From: a virus
Taxonomy: Duplodnaviria; Caudoviricetes
Strand: one strand, 5' to 3'
Virus record (IMG/VR): IMGVR_UViG_3300021088_000016
Location: 1 to 52,010 of that record
DNA length: 52,010 nucleotides
Shown here: piece by piece, positions 26,901-35,746 of the stretch
How positions within the stretch are numbered: the stretch's first letter is position 1
Layout: the number at the start of each line of letters is the position of its first letter
The notes under the pieces: model-generated
What the model was told of the DNA's origin: nothing
The model's input: only the letters and a program-made list of their open reading frames with translations
Databases searched by the model: none
Translations under genes and position numbers: made by a program

Positions 26901-29017
26901 GCAGCAACTTCATCGTCTGTAGGAATACGTCCTATGTTCCTTTGGAACTCATCGTCGTACTCTCCAATGCTCTTGAAGAAATACCCAGGCTTCTGGAGTT
27001 CTTCGTTGAACTTCTCTTGCCCAGCCTTCAACATCCTATTAAGATCGTCTGCCTGAGACTTAGACAGCTTCTTCATATTCTCCACACTGTCTTTAGCTAA
27101 CTGGTAGAATGCAGAAGGTCCTTCAGTAGCAATCTGTCTATTAACCCGTTGGTCTGCAGACATAGATGCTTCTGGTGTGGATAACCATGAGGTAAACGCG
27201 CGTATAGGTCCCCAGGGTGCTTGAGATTCTTTAGTCGATCCGTAGAACTGGCGGATAATTGGGTGGGTCTCATTAATAGGTACATCCTTAATAATATGGA
27301 AACCACCCCCTTGCTGTTCGATATACGCTCCCCCCCACTCAGTCTTAGGGAAACGTTTACCAAAAGCAGGAACCCATCTAGCCAAACCCTTAGGAGTCTT
27401 GGTCATAGCCAAGCCCTCGTAGCCTGGTTTATTCAGGGAGACGTTAGCGTATTCCGCCCAGGCTTTTGCTTCTGCTACAGATTGGAATTGAGTGGCATCG
27501 CTTCTACCTAAGACCATTTGCGCATACCAGTTATTAGACGTAAGATCTCTTAGGAAACCTCTTGTATCTAAGATATGATCAGATAGTTCCGGGTATAGTC
27601 TTGTAGTAACTTCTTTCGCTGCACGAACAGCGTCTTCATTCTGAGAGATGTCGGATATACGATCAATACGTCTTTGGTTACGAAGCAGATCCATCTGTCG
27701 GGCATACTTCGTATAAAGCATTTCATTAATACGATTCTTTAACTCTTGAGCATGTAACCCAGAGTCTTGCTGCTGTAGCTTCCTAAAGGCAGAAGCCATA
27801 GGCTCTACAGCACGCTTCGTGGGGTTATTCTTTACAGTGCCGGTCTCTACTTTAAGATCATTAGCTACCCCTTTGACCGCAGCTTCACCTAAGTCACCTT
27901 GAGCAGCTGCTTGCACTTCATCAGAAGGTTTACCAGTAGCTCCACCTTCAGCTTCCCAACGAGCCTCCGCATCAGGTTCAGTATTTACATCAGGGAGATG
28001 TCCTACTTCCTTAGCTGTAGTTGCGAGATCTTTAGCCTGGGTCGTAATCTCTTGCTTCAGGGCTATACGGGCATCTGCAACAACACCAGCAGCTTCTCCT
28101 GCAATTTTACCATACTTCAGTGCTGAACTAGCACCACCAGCCAACATTGCCCCAGTCCAGAAGTTATCCCATGCGGGACCTTCCTCTTGGGAGATGTACT
28201 GAATGAAGTGTGCTTGTAGAGTAGGGTTACCTTCCAGGCTCTTTAAGACAGCGTCTAGCTTAGGTTTGAAACCATCTAAGGTAGGTTCAGCTAGAAGTGC
28301 ATCTGCTTGGGCCTTGAGGTTGTTCCCTAATAATCCCCCAGCAAATGCAGAAACACCGTCTACATTGCCACGGAGTTTATATTCATTGTAAGGCTGGAAT
28401 GCTTCTTTAAGTTGGTCCCATCCCCAGCCAATCCAAGACTGGTTCTCTACTTTATCGTGTACTTCTTCTAGCTTCTGACGAATATACTGATCTTTCCCCA
28501 TAACCTCTTTAGTGAAGTAATGGAGGTTGTCTACATCCTGCGGTATCTCTTTCTTAGCTTGCCCTAAGGATGAGTACTTAATCCAGGCAGAGTTATTATC
28601 TCCGAAGGAAGGTGCTGCGAAAGCATTAGCAAAGGACTTCTCGAAGACTGTAGATGGGTCTGTAGGCTTAGGCTGCTGAAGCATCTCGTTGGGGAGTTCT
28701 TTCCCCTGGCGGATAGTATCCGCTATGCCTTGAACTCTTAAATTCTGGTTATACGCATCTAGCCGAAAGGCTGACTCTTGGCGAAGGTCATTCTCCTTTC
28801 CCTTCTCGATAGTATCTTTAATCTCCCCTTGTGTCTTGCCTATGATTGCGGATACACCCACAGAAGCTCTAGTAGCCCTGCTGTCGGCTGTATTCGGTAG
28901 CACACTGCCTTGCCCATCCGTGGGCATAGTAATAGGTTCCGGGGTACTAGGGTTCCCGTAGAATTGATCAGCCATTTGAATAGGATCAGGCGCCACCAAC
29001 GGATCCTCCTGATGCAT
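23924..29017 (-). CDS. Large internal virion (ejection) protein, 1697 aa
   Basis: Size and position downstream of the tail tube genes, as in podoviruses. Confidence 0.65.
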   Translation of the reverse strand: MHQEDPLVAPDPIQMADQFYGNPSTPEPITMPTDGQGSVLPNTADSRATRASVGVSAIIGKTQGEIKDTIEKGKENDLRQESAFRLDAYNQNLRVQGIADTIRQGKELPNEMLQQPKPTDPSTVFEKSFANAFAAPSFGDNNSAWIKYSSLGQAKKEIPQDVDNLHYFTKEVMGKDQYIRQKLEEVHDKVENQSWIGWGWDQLKEAFQPYNEYKLRGNVDGVSAFAGGLLGNNLKAQADALLAEPTLDGFKPKLDAVLKSLEGNPTLQAHFIQYISQEEGPAWDNFWTGAMLAGGASSALKYGKIAGEAAGVVADARIALKQEITTQAKDLATTAKEVGHLPDVNTEPDAEARWEAEGGATGKPSDEVQAAAQGDLGEAAVKGVANDLKVETGTVKNNPTKRAVEPMASAFRKLQQQDSGLHAQELKNRINEMLYTKYARQMDLLRNQRRIDRISDISQNEDAVRAAKEVTTRLYPELSDHILDTRGFLRDLTSNNWYAQMVLGRSDATQFQSVAEAKAWAEYANVSLNKPGYEGLAMTKTPKGLARWVPAFGKRFPKTEWGGAYIEQQGGGFHIIKDVPINETHPIIRQFYGSTKESQAPWGPIRAFTSWLSTPEASMSADQRVNRQIATEGPSAFYQLAKDSVENMKKLSKSQADDLNRMLKAGQEKFNEELQKPGYFFKSIGEYDDEFQRNIGRIPTDDEVAAYFEFRGNLESDYWYREASIIRNQARWGAQEWQAQVKAEDGSLKQSPWINARRVTDKFPRGRDTSIAVIDSQETNGNATKVWQAHDFSDKRIGEIEEDMKTGKAKLLQIWDTDLNQLKGFGSIDESHRVEYVLAYNAKDRPLSWGKQLGRTEGGHLEREYNGYLSQAKVSKYFKSFVYRGDTNLFGIHTAEEGRKLAKIADQIREFKLNNDEAGAQAHFQREGFPSGFKDLWEAFDPSKDVKGETVPPRLNMREPIQYRPKDKMIMDLGKSALEDRYKDLGGIIDGTRHGNPARSNAIQYTGERDSYDFWGARDVGTKYNPVFNLNKDDYIDAIPMMNRGLGRIINSLFMDDYKTSAVNHWLFGASVPSFQDASKLVGAAEYLEATREEIAQSPFHFFNNPKFKTGTPLAVKSALEADMMKIKAFIGIPSKFDTFLNSMEQKMSDSIYGKFGPKALRLEPLWKISTLSHAPTFLRSIIFNSKMGFFSPRQFFIHAFTFINGALIAPKYAGSGAFGAMLHGWSSLSRDANILRALDEKASKFRFPGQSGWKPGEWIEANEALIRSGFNHVDLNQLALKDNPMANNIIQNKTHQFLDAGMSPFRAGVKSLKTASWYTAFKEYRDLHPTGPLKDKDYDAILLRANDLSHNMSRASTSAVQKGLMTFGAMFSSYNLRLAELLIGKRLTGPEKARLFFGYAGIFGVPTAGGIVGLSTVLRSQVDKGNVPGLQEYVPGYDFASTAVMEGLLPVVVNELTGHVYDFGESYGAKDLDLVDSALNGDRSIWEVFGGAAYSSLANTWANSSGFRNAMVSMLRGDGQYTLTANDFVDMFKEISTFNYAWRTYMGVETGKWMSRNGAYLLPTSPENAVFTGITGLSDQSVPDIYQKTLTIRERRAGEAETFKQYNKEMQRYFQALNDNNPTQATQYGKRAAWLLNAIPATEKARAIAQAAKDNQSLVDRINWSFTYDRSVPDADKQRTQNIYNKVQEMKQRNTQ

Positions 29018-29609
29018 TCATTGTGTTGCTAATTGGGTTAGACGCAGAAGGATCATTCTTGTTTCCGAAGAAGTTCCCTAGAATGTTTCCTAAGGGTCCT
29101 GCAGAGTTAGCTAAAGAACCGCCTAGTGATCCAATACCTCCGAAGATTGATGCTTGCCCCTGCAGAGTATTCATCTGTCCTTGTAGACCAGCCATCTGGA
29201 TTTGGTTCTGACTCTGTTGACCTTGTAGCCCAAACAGTGTATTTCCAATCTGTAAGTTCTGGTTAATGCCTTGTAGGTTATAAGCCCCACCAGATGTAGC
29301 GCCTTGCTGTCCTGCGGTAACCCCAGATGAAGATGTTCCTCCTGTCTGACTTACTCCAGCAGCTAGATTTCTAGCAGCTGTCATTTGTGCGTTACGGGTA
29401 TCTTGTGTCGCTTGTCTACGCGAAGATATCTGCATAGCTAGTTGACGCTGAGCATTCTCTTGTATTTGCAGTTGAGTATTCTGCTGAGATAAAGCAGTCT
29501 CTTGACTTGAAAGACCTGCTTCTGAGTATGTAGTATCTAGTGTACCGACACTCCCAAATAACTTCAGACCTAGTCCAGCAACACCAATTGCAGCAGTAAT
29601 AGGATCCAT
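28986..29609 (-). CDS. Internal virion protein (T7 gp14-like), Gly/Gln/Ser-rich
   Basis: MDPITAAIGVAGLGL N-terminus, typical of this class. Confidence 0.7.
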   Translation of the reverse strand: MDPITAAIGVAGLGLKLFGSVGTLDTTYSEAGLSSQETALSQQNTQLQIQENAQRQLAMQISSRRQATQDTRNAQMTAARNLAAGVSQTGGTSSSGVTAGQQGATSGGAYNLQGINQNLQIGNTLFGLQGQQSQNQIQMAGLQGQMNTLQGQASIFGGIGSLGGSLANSAGPLGNILGNFFGNKNDPSASNPISNTMNASGGSVGGA

Positions 29610-32005
29610 TAAGAAATTCCTAACGTATTGACAACAGACCAACCAGAGATATTAAACGGCTGTCCTGTCTGAGAGCCTACTTTAAACTGGAGGACATACC
29701 CATTGCCTCTTACTCTAAGTTTACGTATTGTTTTGTTATACAAAGGTTGAAACGTAGTTACGACTTGAACTGAGGATGTTCTATTAGATAAAGGACTGTT
29801 GTTAAAGTCCCATAGACCTTGAAAAGTGTATGCAGTCGTAGGGATTTCCGAGTACATCCAAATGTACTGCGGCTGAAACTTCTTCTGGCCCTTACCTGCA
29901 AGATTATAAGCAGTTACGAAATAACTGGTATAGTCACTTAATGTACCTGTTGAGTTCCAATCTTGCCAATTGACGTTGTCCCTCTCTTCAGAGAATGTAA
30001 AGGTATTTAGATTTGTAAATGTAAAGTATTTAAACGTAGGCGTAGGGTATAAGGCCGGAGTAGCTCCTGTGAACTCAATATAGTTCACGCCCAGAAGATT
30101 AGCGGTAGGCGATATAGTCCAGTTGTAGAAAGCTTCTGTATACGTTAAGAAATTCAATACTGAGTCAAAAGTATAACGCGAAGTAATGTCTGTCTCTTGA
30201 GTACTTTTATATAACCATTGAACAACCCCGGTGATATGGTTATAGCTTCCCCTTGCATAGAGTTTACTAGCTAAGGGAATGCTTTGGTAAAACTGTTTAA
30301 TGGAGGGTAGAGTAAGATTCTTTACTTCTAATGATCTCTGTCCTGAAGTATAGGATTGCCCGGGCACTACTGCGTATATAGCTTCATTGTTCCAGAACAT
30401 AGGGTAGCCTGCAACATCTACGAAAGATGTACCTGATATACAATGTTCTCCTGAAATTTTAGTTACCGTATAATCGTTGGCAGTAAAACCTAGTCCAGCA
30501 TTTCCTGTAATAAACCAAATACCGTTTGCAGCAAATACAAGAAGACCATTGGAGACAGAGAACAATTTATAGATGGCCCCTGATCCTTGGATGGTTATTA
30601 CTCCGCCATCAGTAGGTAAGAGATCAAACAAAGTCTCGCTAGTGGGATCGTTAGCTTGGTAACACATCCCAAATTGATTAGGTGTTTGAATGATCTGCGA
30701 GAAGTAGATATCTTCTGTCCACGTAGTGAACGTACCATTACCGTCTACATACGAAGCATTAACACCTGAGTACCACACCCTGCCTTGAAACCAAGATCCC
30801 GTGGAAGCTCGGTTTAAAGTAAAGGCTCTATCCGCATTAGTTAACCCAGATACAGCGTTTCTGTTTCTATCAAAAGTAGAGAAGATGTAGAAACCTTTAG
30901 GTGCTGGACCTGAACTTAAGGTAATATTAGAGACAGTTACAGCAGGATTAAAAGCTCCTGTAGAATCTTTGAAAGTCCACCATACGTCTGCATTAGAAGG
31001 GAAGGCACTTGCTGCAGCACCGAAAGTGGCGATTTGTCCACCCGGAACATTTGGAACTATATTCCAGGTAATATTTGTTGGCGTCTGTCCAGTGAAAGAT
31101 GACGGATTTATGGAGGTTACATTAATAGTTATGTTAGTTCCTGCGTATGCAGAAACAGATCCTCCTAAAGTTACGTTTGAATATCGTTGCCCAAATTGTC
31201 CATACCCAGTAGCAGTTATTGCAGTGCCTGTAGTAATTGAAAGACCAGATTGAGCTACAAAAACTTGTAACCCTAGATTAAGAGTAAAAGCAGATGTGGA
31301 CGTTGCGTTCCACGCAGAGGATCTCGTCCATCCTTGGTTCATTAGATTATATAAATGAGTACCCGTATCTGCAATAGGGCGTAAGTCAACCGGTACTCCA
31401 GGTTCTTGGTTACCTACAAAATCTCTGATTAAAACAGAGATGACACTCGCAGTAATAGTACTTGGAGGGCCCGGTGTATACGTGCAATAGATTGGGTCTA
31501 TGTTTGTATTAAAGACAAACAAATATCCATTACCTGCTGCAAATTGACATTCTGTAGTACTGGGAGAACCACCCCCGGTAGGCATAAATTGCGTTAAAGA
31601 TACAGTGGTGGCAACCCTATTAGATGATAAAGAGTTGCTTGTAGTTGTCCCACTTATATTATAGAAAGCTAACAAGGATCCTACTTGCGCTACTAGAATT
31701 TGAGAGTTTCCATCCCCTCCGGCATTTGTCCATACGAAAGTGCTTATTGCTAGGTTGGTTCTAGGACCAAGATTAGCAGTAACAAAATTCAATTCGTAGT
31801 CGATGCCCTGACGGCGGGTAACGTTGCCAACACGCGTGAACGTGCAGTTCTGTGTATCCGTAGCTGCGTTCTCAGGGAAATTAAGGCCGGTGAACTCAGT
31901 TTTAAGCCCTCCCACGAAGCTATTCATTAAGGAGGGCACAGAAGGCTGAGGCTGACCTTGAGGTAGTGAAAACTGGCTGGTCCTACGACCAGAAGGCTTA
32001 GCCAT
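29609..32005 (-). CDS. Tail tubular protein B / nozzle
   Basis: NSFVGGLKTE...FPENA, FQGRVWYSG, D..LLPTDGG.I.I; 798 aa, beta-rich. Confidence 0.8.
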   Translation of the reverse strand: MAKPSGRRTSQFSLPQGQPQPSVPSLMNSFVGGLKTEFTGLNFPENAATDTQNCTFTRVGNVTRRQGIDYELNFVTANLGPRTNLAISTFVWTNAGGDGNSQILVAQVGSLLAFYNISGTTTSNSLSSNRVATTVSLTQFMPTGGGSPSTTECQFAAGNGYLFVFNTNIDPIYCTYTPGPPSTITASVISVLIRDFVGNQEPGVPVDLRPIADTGTHLYNLMNQGWTRSSAWNATSTSAFTLNLGLQVFVAQSGLSITTGTAITATGYGQFGQRYSNVTLGGSVSAYAGTNITINVTSINPSSFTGQTPTNITWNIVPNVPGGQIATFGAAASAFPSNADVWWTFKDSTGAFNPAVTVSNITLSSGPAPKGFYIFSTFDRNRNAVSGLTNADRAFTLNRASTGSWFQGRVWYSGVNASYVDGNGTFTTWTEDIYFSQIIQTPNQFGMCYQANDPTSETLFDLLPTDGGVITIQGSGAIYKLFSVSNGLLVFAANGIWFITGNAGLGFTANDYTVTKISGEHCISGTSFVDVAGYPMFWNNEAIYAVVPGQSYTSGQRSLEVKNLTLPSIKQFYQSIPLASKLYARGSYNHITGVVQWLYKSTQETDITSRYTFDSVLNFLTYTEAFYNWTISPTANLLGVNYIEFTGATPALYPTPTFKYFTFTNLNTFTFSEERDNVNWQDWNSTGTLSDYTSYFVTAYNLAGKGQKKFQPQYIWMYSEIPTTAYTFQGLWDFNNSPLSNRTSSVQVVTTFQPLYNKTIRKLRVRGNGYVLQFKVGSQTGQPFNISGWSVVNTLGIS

Positions 32006-32007
32006 GC

Positions 32008-32343
32008 TTAATCAATTACTTCTCTAATCTGAATGTTACGGGTATTGAAGTACTTTGTTAAGAACTTCTCAGCTTGATCAAATTTAGTGAACTTTACATC
32101 CTTAAGAGCACCAGGTAGATCTCCCTTATCGTACTTGAAGTACCAAAGGTTGAAGGACCCTTCGTCCCTTAAAGCATGGATTTTATTCTCTCCACTAAAC
32201 AGTCTTTTATCGACTAATCCTGTGCTACTGATTGGAGCCTTATCATCAATCAATTCTAAAGCGAATGCACGGTCATTCCCCCGCATCTTGGTATTCTTAT
32301 TAGGGTCAAGGAATGATTCTCTGTAATAGCCTAGGGCCACCAT
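32008..32343 (-). CDS. Hypothetical protein in the tail module
   Basis: ORF between the tail tubular genes. Confidence 0.7.
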   Translation of the reverse strand: MVALGYYRESFLDPNKNTKMRGNDRAFALELIDDKAPISSTGLVDKRLFSGENKIHALRDEGSFNLWYFKYDKGDLPGALKDVKFTKFDQAEKFLTKYFNTRNIQIREVID

Positions 32344-33206
32344 TTACGTCTCCCAAAGTTAGGTAGTTGGTCGAACCAACTTGGTTTATTTACGACAGCT
32401 TTAGTCTTCTGTAGAGCTACCCATTGTCTGTCAATCTCACGTTCTGCGTGTGGGTGTATGGTCTGTTTAAGCTCATAGAAGGCAGCTGCTTTAGCTTCGT
32501 TCAATAATAGAGGGACAGCCCAATCATCCAGGTCAGGGATAAAACTATCCACCATCTGCCACGAAGGAGTGATGAAACCAGAGCATAAAGTCTTACTGGT
32601 CTGTAATGTGGAGTCCTGTGTATTATCGTACGAATCAAATATGAAGTAGTAATTCTGTATTACGGTGCAATACTGAGGTTGCTTATCATTCCTATAATTA
32701 ATCTGGAATGAATCTAATAGTTCAGTGTTAGGGTATAATTGATCATTAAAAGTAAACGTCCCTACGTTAGACGCTGTAGTGTCTAAGCTATTAACCATAG
32801 CCAAGAATTGATCACTGGGAAGGATCTGGACAGCAGAGAAAGAAGGAGGCGATGTAGATCCTAATCCTAACTGAGCAGCTAAGTCTAAGTTCAAATCGTG
32901 GTCTGTTTGGTTCTCTCCAGTCTGAGACCCCAACACATTAGTGTTAAAGTATTGGATATAGTTTAACTTGGCTACGCCCTCGTTAGGCCTGAACATCAAT
33001 GTAGGCTTAGTAGGATCTCCCGAAGACGTAAGCTGGAATAGCTTCTCATGCTCGGGTAACTCGGCTCTACCTAGGATGTTATAATAAGTAGTCCTAAGTA
33101 TTTCAGCAACCTGAAGAGACTCAGGGGTATCTCCGATAGAGTTTACCTGGTCTGAGTTAAGAGAGCTTAAGATACTTTGGGTATAGTCAAGGAGAGTCCT
33201 TTTCAT
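32331..33206 (-). CDS. Tail tubular protein A / adaptor (gp11-like)
   Basis: TLLDYTQSILSSLNSDQVNSIGDTPESLQVA N-terminus; FIPDLD; C-terminal PNFGR. Confidence 0.8.
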   Translation of the reverse strand: MKRTLLDYTQSILSSLNSDQVNSIGDTPESLQVAEILRTTYYNILGRAELPEHEKLFQLTSSGDPTKPTLMFRPNEGVAKLNYIQYFNTNVLGSQTGENQTDHDLNLDLAAQLGLGSTSPPSFSAVQILPSDQFLAMVNSLDTTASNVGTFTFNDQLYPNTELLDSFQINYRNDKQPQYCTVIQNYYFIFDSYDNTQDSTLQTSKTLCSGFITPSWQMVDSFIPDLDDWAVPLLLNEAKAAAFYELKQTIHPHAEREIDRQWVALQKTKAVVNKPSWFDQLPNFGRRKWWP

Positions 33207-33577
33207 TTAAACATACTCGCTACAGAGTGTAAGAAGTAGAAACCCACCACAACCATAATAACATTCCATAAAGAGCTATCGTTAGGTATGGTTGTTGTTC
33301 CAAATCCAGTCTCATCGTAGAAGAAGATCTTACAGAGGATAAAAGCTGGACCCGCAGCGATTAGAGTTTGTATGTAAATGGGTAACTTAGATACACTAGT
33401 CTCTGTGATTAAAGCATCTCGTTGAGCTTGTAGCGTAGCTACGCGTTCCTGGGAAGCGATCTGTGCTTGTTGTGTAGTAGCAGTAAGCGCAGCAATCTTC
33501 TCATTAGCAATGGCATTGGTAATGCCGTTGATAGTAGAGAAGGCCCCGGGGATAAGTCCTAATAAGAAGGATAACAT
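33203..33577 (-). CDS. Holin-like membrane protein
   Basis: Multiple TM segments, VVVGFYF; in the lysis cluster. Confidence 0.6.
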   Translation of the reverse strand: MLSFLLGLIPGAFSTINGITNAIANEKIAALTATTQQAQIASQERVATLQAQRDALITETSVSKLPIYIQTLIAAGPAFILCKIFFYDETGFGTTTIPNDSSLWNVIMVVVGFYFLHSVASMFK

Positions 33578-33861
33578 TATGCTTGTAATCCAGCTTTAGT
33601 GGTTAAGCTGCTGACTGTTTGATTATCAGCTAGAGGTTGGACAGTAACTCGCCGTAGCCACTCAAATGTAACCCCTGTCCCTATTACTAACAAAGGCCAT
33701 ACCCAAGAAGGTAACTTCTGGGAAATAGGAGTGATGTCTGTAGTTGATACATACGGTGCAGCCACATCGTGAATAGCAACTGCAGACCCACCTATGGCGT
33801 ATACCCGGGCTACTAAGATAGTTTTAGAGTGTGCGAATAAAGATTTAAGTTTAGACCACAT
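33577..33861 (-). CDS. Membrane protein (holin or lysis accessory)
   Basis: Two hydrophobic segments ending in WLRRVT. Confidence 0.55.
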   Translation of the reverse strand: MWSKLKSLFAHSKTILVARVYAIGGSAVAIHDVAAPYVSTTDITPISQKLPSWVWPLLVIGTGVTFEWLRRVTVQPLADNQTVSSLTTKAGLQA

Positions 33862-34048
33862 GAACCGGAGGAACCTGAGATACAGGGGCTACAGTAGGCA
33901 CTACGTGAGACTTAATGGTTGAGATATCTGCCTTGACCGTAGCCAAGTCAGCCTCAAGTCCGGCTAAGCCCACGCGACCTGCATAGAAGCCGAAGCCTCC
34001 TGAAGCCAGCATCAGACCTAGTGTAATATAGAAAGGAGTGAGATCCAT
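33851..34048 (-). CDS. Small membrane protein (start MDLTPF)
   Basis: N-terminal TM followed by a short coiled coil. Confidence 0.55.
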   Translation of the reverse strand: MDLTPFYITLGLMLASGGFGFYAGRVGLAGLEADLATVKADISTIKSHVVPTVAPVSQVPPVHVV

Positions 34049-34150
34049 TTTAATTTCTTTCTCGTGTTGCAATTAAAACTAAGACAATGATGAATAGCGC
34101 TACACCTGCGGCACCAATCATCAATTCATGCTCTGTTAAAAAGATAAACA

Positions 34151-34804
34151 TTATTTCACCGGTGGGGTTGGAGTATTTGAATATTCGTAAACCAGAAGAC
34201 CGATGACTACAGCTGCTAAAACAAAGAGACCCATAATCATCCAGAAGTATTCCGGAGAAGATCCAGACGCTGCGGCAGCACCTGCAACAACCACTGCACC
34301 CGCAGCAGCAGGACCAGATGTCTTGTTGACTGGAGCAGGAGAAAGGAACAGAGCCTTTTCTGCAGCACGTCTACGAACTAAGCCTTGGAGAACATGTCCG
34401 CCTGCCATATTGTATAGTGCAAGGTGGTCTGCAGCTTCTGCGTAGTGACCTTCATTAAGCAATGGCAGTGCAGAACTATGACCTAGCGCACCAGTGTTGT
34501 ACTGGAAGCTAACCAAAGCATCGTACTGATTCTGGTTCAAAGGAACCTTCACTAGAGTATTTACTTGATTCTCAACTACAGCCAGATCATTAGATAAGTA
34601 CTGGTCTGCTTGAGCTTGGGTAATCTTGTCTCCTACATGAACTGAAGGAGGACCTGCAGACGTAGTATGCCCATAACCAATAGTAAGAACACCGATAGGA
34701 CTTTGCCCAGGCTCTACAACCTTATCGTTATGGTCATCATAAGCTTGAAGGATAAGTCCTTCGAAGCCCTCAATAAACTTTCTTCCATTAGCACTAGTTT
34801 TCAT
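34151..34804 (-). CDS. Endolysin, GH24 lysozyme with C-terminal TM segment
   Basis: FEGL..AY.D, TIGYGHT, NQNQYDALVSF.YN.G, GLVRRRAAE. Confidence 0.93.
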   Translation of the reverse strand: MKTSANGRKFIEGFEGLILQAYDDHNDKVVEPGQSPIGVLTIGYGHTTSAGPPSVHVGDKITQAQADQYLSNDLAVVENQVNTLVKVPLNQNQYDALVSFQYNTGALGHSSALPLLNEGHYAEAADHLALYNMAGGHVLQGLVRRRAAEKALFLSPAPVNKTSGPAAAGAVVVAGAAAASGSSPEYFWMIMGLFVLAAVVIGLLVYEYSNTPTPPVK

Positions 34805-34813
34805 TTTAGTCCT

Positions 34814-35746
34814 TTAAATTTCAAATGCGCTGCAAGTCAATGCGCCTATAGTTGAAGTTCCTCCAACTTGAACTGAAAGAGTTAAATCAAACCAGATTGG
34901 AGTTCCGATTGTTAACCCAGTAATTACTGCACAAAGATTAAACGGCCAGGTAACATTTGCGTTGGAGCCTCCCCCTACACCTATAGTAGTCCCATAGACA
35001 GTTCCGGTAGCCGCGGCACCATTTGCGGGTGCAGATCCTGTACCTTGTCTTAAACCAATAGTTGAAGCATCGCTGGTAGTGTTATTACTTACCTGTCCTT
35101 GGATAGTCACAAATACTCTAGTACTTGTAGCCGGAGTAATATGACAAACACCCCCAATCCCCATCATTACTGGAGAAGTACTTGTAGTTCCTGTAGGGTT
35201 TGATGGGCCAACTAATAATGTCTGCCCAGTCGCATAAGGATTGGTAGTCCAGGTCATTGCTGAACTAGAACCACCTTGAGATGTTAAATATTGTCCTGCG
35301 GAGCCTGCGGTGGTAGGGAGGTTGAAGTTATATGTTCCTGCAGCTGCCTGGGGAAGAACAGAAACAACTCCGCTGGAACTTCCAGATATTGGTAAACTTC
35401 CTACGTGAACTGTACTGTTAAAAGTATTAGTGCCAGACCAGGTATTATTCCCATCTAAGAAAGGAACAAAGTGTCCTGAAGTGCCTGTCCCTGGAACAAC
35501 AATAGTCGGGTTAGAAACCACATCAATAAGTCTAGCCGGAGAGTTAACAGAACTTGGAGCCGGAAGATTAAGTATTTGATAACTATTCATATCCAAGTTA
35601 GACTGCATTTGATTAGGAGTGCTTCCGTCTAACGATAAGGTATTGTTCAACGCAGTAGTAATACTTGCGCTATTAGCGTTGAGTAATGTCTGCGATGTAG
35701 TGGTGTCTTGAAGATTAGAAATATTGGATAGAGGATTTATTTTCAT
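34814..35746 (-). CDS. Tail fibre/spike protein 2
   Basis: SNLDMN..QILNLPAP anchor; YNFNLPTTAGSAGQYLTSQG fibre motif. Confidence 0.75.
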   Translation of the reverse strand: MKINPLSNISNLQDTTTSQTLLNANSASITTALNNTLSLDGSTPNQMQSNLDMNSYQILNLPAPSSVNSPARLIDVVSNPTIVVPGTGTSGHFVPFLDGNNTWSGTNTFNSTVHVGSLPISGSSSGVVSVLPQAAAGTYNFNLPTTAGSAGQYLTSQGGSSSAMTWTTNPYATGQTLLVGPSNPTGTTSTSPVMMGIGGVCHITPATSTRVFVTIQGQVSNNTTSDASTIGLRQGTGSAPANGAAATGTVYGTTIGVGGGSNANVTWPFNLCAVITGLTIGTPIWFDLTLSVQVGGTSTIGALTCSAFEI

